DNA of 63,573 nt, counting the filler, from Guillardia theta CCMP2712 (Eukaryota; Protista; Cryptophyta), in NCBI RefSeq assembly GCF_000315625.1. It is 5 parts of 5 records of this genome, joined end to end, with 100 filler letters (N's around TTAATTAATTAA, not from the genome) between each part and the next. Parts side by side here need not be neighbours in the genome. Positions count along the whole stretch, not along the records: positions 58,110 to 62,357 come from NW_005434133.1; positions 62,458 to 63,573 come from NW_005434598.1; 3 more parts are not named here. One strand, 5' to 3'. The translations under genes and the position numbers were made by a program. Numbering within the stretch: position 1 is the first letter of the stretch; every line of letters begins with the position of its first letter. This document shows, piece by piece, positions 58,110 through 63,573 of this stretch. The notes beneath the pieces are model-generated. The model was not told where the DNA came from. It saw only the letters and a program-made list of their open reading frames with translations, and did not search any database.

Positions 58110-61100
58110 CGACGAGGAATGCGGGGGACAGGCCGTGCAGCTCGTCGCTCCGCCCTCGGACGCGTATGACCCCGCCGGACAGTTCGTACATGTCCCGTTG
58201 CCGGGCCCCGGCTTGTAAGTTCCTGGCTGGCACGGATCGCAGCCGAAGCGATCGAGGGGCTGCTGCCCGCCTGCGGAGACGTTGGCAAGCCAGCCAGGGC
58301 TGAAGCCCGGCAAGCACTCACAGTCGCTGATGGATGTGCTCTGTGCGGGAGAGGTTTGATGGCTACCGCATCTCTTACAGTACGTCGCTCCAAGCTCGTC
58401 GTTGTAGTGTCCTGCTGGACATGAGCTGCAGGCAGTGGAGCCATTCGGACTGCTGAAGAAGCCCAAGTCGCACAGACAGTCGTGTATGCTGGAGGATCCG
58501 GCTTGCGATTGCGTGTGCGACGGGCAGTGTTGACAGAAAGTAAGTCGGCTCTCGTTGTTGTACGTTCCTGGCAGACATGTGACGCAGTCACCACTCTTGG
58601 GGTCCATGTACATGCCGCTCATGCATTGACAATCGAGGATGCTGGTGCTGCCCGTAAGCCTGGACGTCATACCTGCGGGGCAGGCTGTGCAGGCGGTCGA
58701 TCCCTGGAGGTCGCTGTAGGACCCAGCAGCGCACGGGCTGCAAGCTGGGCCCCATCGCCTTGCGCCCGACAGGTTGGCCAGCGGGCTGGCGTCGTAGAAG
58801 CCGGCATGACACTTGCACTCCCATACAAACGAGCTGCCTGCCGCCGAGACCGCATTGGCAGGGCACTGCGCACAGACGGAGGAGCCCGTGCCGTTGCTGT
58901 AGCTTCCCTCAGCGCATGGCCGGCAATCTGGCCCGCCCGCGCGGGAAGCGTTCGCAGCAGCGTTGACCCCCTGCCTAGTCATCGACCCCGCCCCAGCGTC
59001 GTAGAAGCCTCCCTCGCAGATGCAGTCTGCCTGCGACGAGCTGCCCCGGAGGGAGGTCGAGTGGGTAGGACAGCCCGTGCATCCCGTCGCACCCCAGGCC
59101 TCGAGAGCAGCAGACGAGCTGCAGTTACCGGAGCAGGAGGCGGCGCGTGACCCGTTGCTGTACGTGCCGGGCGGGCATGCTGAGCAGCTCTTGAGGCCTT
59201 TCTCAGGCTTGTAGTACCCCGGCGGACACATCCTGCAGGCTGCGTACCCGGGCGTGGTGTTTGACGTTGGGCCGGAAGGGACGACCTGCAAGCTCAGGTT
59301 GGGCCCAGGCACGAGGCTTCCGTTGCCCGGCACCAGCATGTAGCCTGCCTCGCATCCGCAATCGTCAATCGATGGACACTTGAAGCATCCGCCTGACGAC
59401 GAGGAATACATCGATATAATGCATCTGCACATTTGGACGTTGAACGATCCAGGGTCAGACGAGGAATGCGGGGGACAGGCCGTGCAGCTCGTCGCTCCGC
59501 CCTCGGACGCGTATGACCCCGCCGGACAGTAGCGATCGAGGGGCTGCTGCCCGCGCCCCGGCTTGTAAGTTCCTGGCTGGCACGGATCGCAGCCGAAGCG
59601 ATCGAGGGGCTGCTGCCCGCCTGCGGAGACGTTGGCAAGCCAGCCAGGGCTGAAGCCCGGCAAGCACTCACAGTCGCTGATGGATGTGCTCTGTGCGGGA
59701 GAGGTTTGATGGCTACCGCATCTCTTACAGTACGTCGCTCCAAGCTCGTCGTTGTAGTGTCCTGCTGGACATGAGCTGCAGGCAGTGGAGCCATTCGGAC
59801 TGCTGAAGAAGCCCAAGTCGCACAGACAGTCGTGTATGCTGGAGGATCCCGGCTTGCGATTGCGTGTGCGACGGGCAGTGTTGACAGAAAGTAAGTCGGC
59901 TCTCGTTGTTGTACGTTCCTGGCANNNNNNNNNNNNNNNNNNNNNNNNNNNNNNNNNNNNNNNNNNNNNNNNNNNNNNNNNNNNNNNNNNNNNNNNNNNN
60001 NNNNNNNNNNNNNNNNNNNNNNNNGCTCATGCATTGACAATCGAGGATGCTGGTGCTGCCCGTAAGCCTGGACGTCATACCTGCGGGGCAGGCTGTGCAG
60101 GCGGTCGATCCCTGGAGGTCGCTGTAGGACCCAGCAGCGCACGGGCTGCAAGCTGGGCCCCATCGCCTTGCGCCCGACAGGTTGGCCAGCGGGCTGNNNN
60201 NNNNNNNNNNNNNNNNNNNNNNNNNNNNNNNNNNNNNNNNNNNNNNNNNNNNNNNNNNNNNNNNNNNNNNNNNNNNNNNNNNNNNNNNNNNNNNNNNNNN
60301 NNNNNNNNNNNNNNNNNNNNNNNNNNNNNNNNNNNNNNNNCCGCCCGCGCGGGAAGCGTTCGCAGCAGCGTTGACCCCCTGCCTAGTCATCGACCCCGCC
60401 CCAGCGTCGTAGAAGCCTCCCTCGCAGATGCAGTCTGCCTGCGACGAGCTGCCCCGGAGGGAGGTCGAGTGGGTAGGACAGCCCGTGCATCCCGTCGCAC
60501 CCCAGGCCTCGAGAGCAGCAGACGAGCTGCAGTTACCGGAGCAGGAGGCGGCGCGTGACCCGTTGCTGTACGTGCCGGGCGGGCATGCTGAGCAGCTCTT
60601 GAGGCCTTTCTCAGGCTTGTAGTACCCCGGCGGACACATCCTGCAGGCTGCGTACCCGGGCGTGGTGTTTGACGTTGGGCCGGAAGGGACGACCTGCAAG
60701 CTCAGGTTGGGCCCAGGCACGAGGCTTCCGTTGCCCGGCACCAGCATGTAGCCTGCCTCGCATCCGCAGTCGGCTTGTGACACGCTGCCCGCCGCAGACG
60801 AGGAATGCGGGGGACAGGCCGTGCAGCTCGTCGCTCCGCCCTCGGACGCGTATGACCCCGCCGGACAGTTCGTACATGTCCCGTTGCCGGGCCCCGGCTT
60901 GTAAGTTCCTGGCTGGCACGGATCGCAGCCGAAGCGATCGAGGGGCTGCTGCCCGCCTGCGGAGACGTTGGCAAGCCAGCCAGGGCTGAAGCCCGGCAAG
61001 CACTCACAGTCGCTGATGGATGTGCTCTGTGCGGGAGAGGTTTGATGGCTACCGCATCTCTTACAGTACGTCGCTCCAAGCTCGTCGTTGTAGTGTCCTG

Positions 61101-62357
61101 CTGGACATGAGCTGCAGGCAGTGGAGCCATTCGGACTGCTGAAGAAGCCCAAGTCGCACAGACAGTCGTGTATGCTGGAGGATCCGGCTTGCGATTGCGT
61201 GTGCGACGGGCAGTGTTGACAGAAAGTAAGTCGGCTCTCGTTGTTGTACGTTCCTGGCAGACATGTGACGCAGTCACCACTCTTGGGGTCCATGTACATG
61301 CCGCTCATGCATTGACAATCGAGGATGCTGGTGCTGCCCGTAAGCCTGGACGTCATACCTGCGGGGCAGGCTGTGCAGGCGGTCGATCCCTGGAGGTCGC
61401 TGTAGGACCCAGCAGCGCACGGGCTGCAAGCTGGGCCCCATCGCCTTGCGCCCGACAGGTTGGCCAGCGGGCTGGCGTCGTAGAAGCCGGCATGACACTT
61501 GCACTCCCATACAAACGAGCTGCCTGCCGCCGAGACCGCATTGGCAGGGCACTGCGCACAGACGGAGGAGCCCGTGCCGTTGCTGTAGCTTCCCTCAGCG
61601 CATGGCCGGCAATCTGGCCCGCCCGCGCGGGAAGCGTTCGCAGCAGCGTTGACCCCCTGCCTAGTCATCGACCCCGCCCCAGCGTCGTAGAAGCCTCCCT
61701 CGCAGATGCAGTCTGCCTGCGACGAGCTGCCCCGGAGGGAGGTCGAGTGGGTAGGACAGCCCGTGCATCCCGTCGCACCCCAGGCCTCGAGAGCAGCAGA
61801 CGAGCTGCAGTTACCGGAGCAGGAGGCGGCGCGTGACCCGTTGCTGTACGTGCCGGGCGGGCATGCTGAGCAGCTCTTGAGGCCTTTCTCAGGCTTGTAG
61901 TACCCCGGCGGACACATCCTGCAGGCTGCGTACCCGGGCGTGGTGTTTGACGTTGGGCCGGAAGGGACGACCTGCAAGCTCAGGTTGGGCCCAGGCACGA
62001 GGCTTCCGTTGCCCGGCACCAGCATGTAGCCTGCCTCGCATCCGCAGTCGGCTTGTGACACGCTGCNNNNNNNNNNNNNNNNNNNNNNNNNNNNNNNNNN
62101 NNNNNNNNNNNNNNNNNNNNNNNNNNNNNNNNNNNNNNNNNNNNNNNNNNNNNNNNNNNNNNNNNNCGTACATGTCCCGTTGCCGGGCCCCGGCTTGTAA
62201 GTTCCTGGCTGGCACGGATCGCAGCCGAAGCGATCGAGGGGCTGCTGCCCGCCTGCGGAGACGTTGGCAAGCCAGCCAGGGCTGAAGCCCGGCGAGCAAA
62301 CACAACCAGAAGTTTGATTTTGTGCTGTTAATGGAAAGACACACACTGGAATCCATC
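58110..62357 (-). CDS. Internal fragment of a very large Cys-rich protein (GCC2/GCC3, ephrin-receptor-like repeats) built of 1278-bp tandem units
   Basis: Repeated CxxCPxGxY/CxCxxGFY motifs; identical sequence at offset 1278 (e.g. 60702 vs 61980); no introns seen. Confidence 0.85.
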
Positions 62358-62457
62358 NNNNNNNNNNNNNNNNNNNNNNNNNNNNNNNNNNNNNNNNNNN
62401 NTTAATTAATTAANNNNNNNNNNNNNNNNNNNNNNNNNNNNNNNNNNNNNNNNNNNN

Positions 62458-63165
62458 CTGGCAGATCAAAATACCGAGTTTGCCTGTCCCAACAACACCA
62501 ATCTCATAATCAGACTTGATGTGAACTTGCTGAACAATCTGGCAGGCAGCCGCCAACGGCTCAACAAACATCGCCTGTCATGATCATCATCTCAACAAAC
62601 TACAAACTTCTACACAAACCTCGTCGTTGGAGAGTTTGTCAGGAACCGCATGTAGATTTACAAGGGGAACAACCACATACTGCGCAAACGCGCCATTTGC
62701 TCTGAAGATCCCAAGAGCTGCGCGCTGAACATAACATGTTTGTGAGACAAGGAACCATTATACCCATAATTGCAAAGAATTACATCTGGATGCTGTGCTC
62801 TCTCATCATATGACCTGCAACCGCTGCCACTTGGAACGCAATTGATCTCCGATACAACTCGTTGCCCCACAGACACTGCAAACACATTCGTCACGTCAAC
62901 CATGAATCATAACATCTAGGAGGAAAAACAATTCATTCTCGCGCATCAACAAGGATCTTTGAACTTGGTCATCATACACATCCAAAACTTCCAGCAAGCT
63001 CACGATACACAGCAAACATGTCTTGAGTGTACAACAGCACACATGACGCCGCATTCATATCTTCAAATCACCCGTCGCTGTCTTATCTTTGTCCGGAACA
63101 ATCTTATCGACAACAGCGACGAACTCATGGCCGATGATTCCCTGAAAGCCTTTGTAGCTGCACAT
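62458..63165 (-). CDS. Zn-dependent alcohol dehydrogenase (MDR family), partial, multi-exon
   Basis: YKGFQGIIGHEFVAVV, GQRVVSEINC, DGAFAQYVVVPLVNLHAVPD, FVEPLAAACQI and VVGTGKLG. Confidence 0.85.
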
Positions 63166-63192
63166 GCGCAAATTATTCACTCCGAACACCCT

Positions 63193-63540
<348 letters not shown>

Positions 63541-63573
63541 CTAAAGCAACAAGTATTATTCTTAGATATAAAA

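Overview
Eukaryotic draft-genome DNA made of five unrelated scaffolds joined by artificial N-TTAATTAATTAA-N linkers (about 24253-24352, 37676-37775, 58010-58109, 62358-62457). Short (~45-55 nt) GT-AG introns, dense microsatellites and a signal peptide + transit peptide + LRGG leader on TRM1 suggest a cryptophyte alga such as Guillardia; this is an inference. Scaffolds 1, 2 and 5 carry ordinary intron-rich host genes: a C2-domain repeat protein, TRM1, an ERLEC1/OS-9 lectin, an inositol polyphosphate kinase, an EF-hand protein, a KIF15-like kinesin, a WD40 protein and a Zn alcohol dehydrogenase. Scaffold 3 (37776-58009) is different. It is gene-dense and apparently intronless, with a divergent TATA-binding protein, two adjacent paralogous genes resembling mirusvirus-type triplex/capsid-cement proteins, a TCP11-domain gene, an FkbM methyltransferase, many ORFans and several pseudogenes. 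It shares a TATWTAAG-like motif ~20-30 nt upstream of start codons and is bounded and punctuated by a 332-bp palindrome-rich repeat. The best interpretation is a decaying endogenous large DNA virus, most plausibly Mirusviricota-like; no major capsid protein or polymerase gene is visible, so the family is unconfirmed. Scaffold 4 is an intronless Cys-rich protein built from near-identical 1278-bp tandem units. Exon boundaries were read by eye and are approximate.
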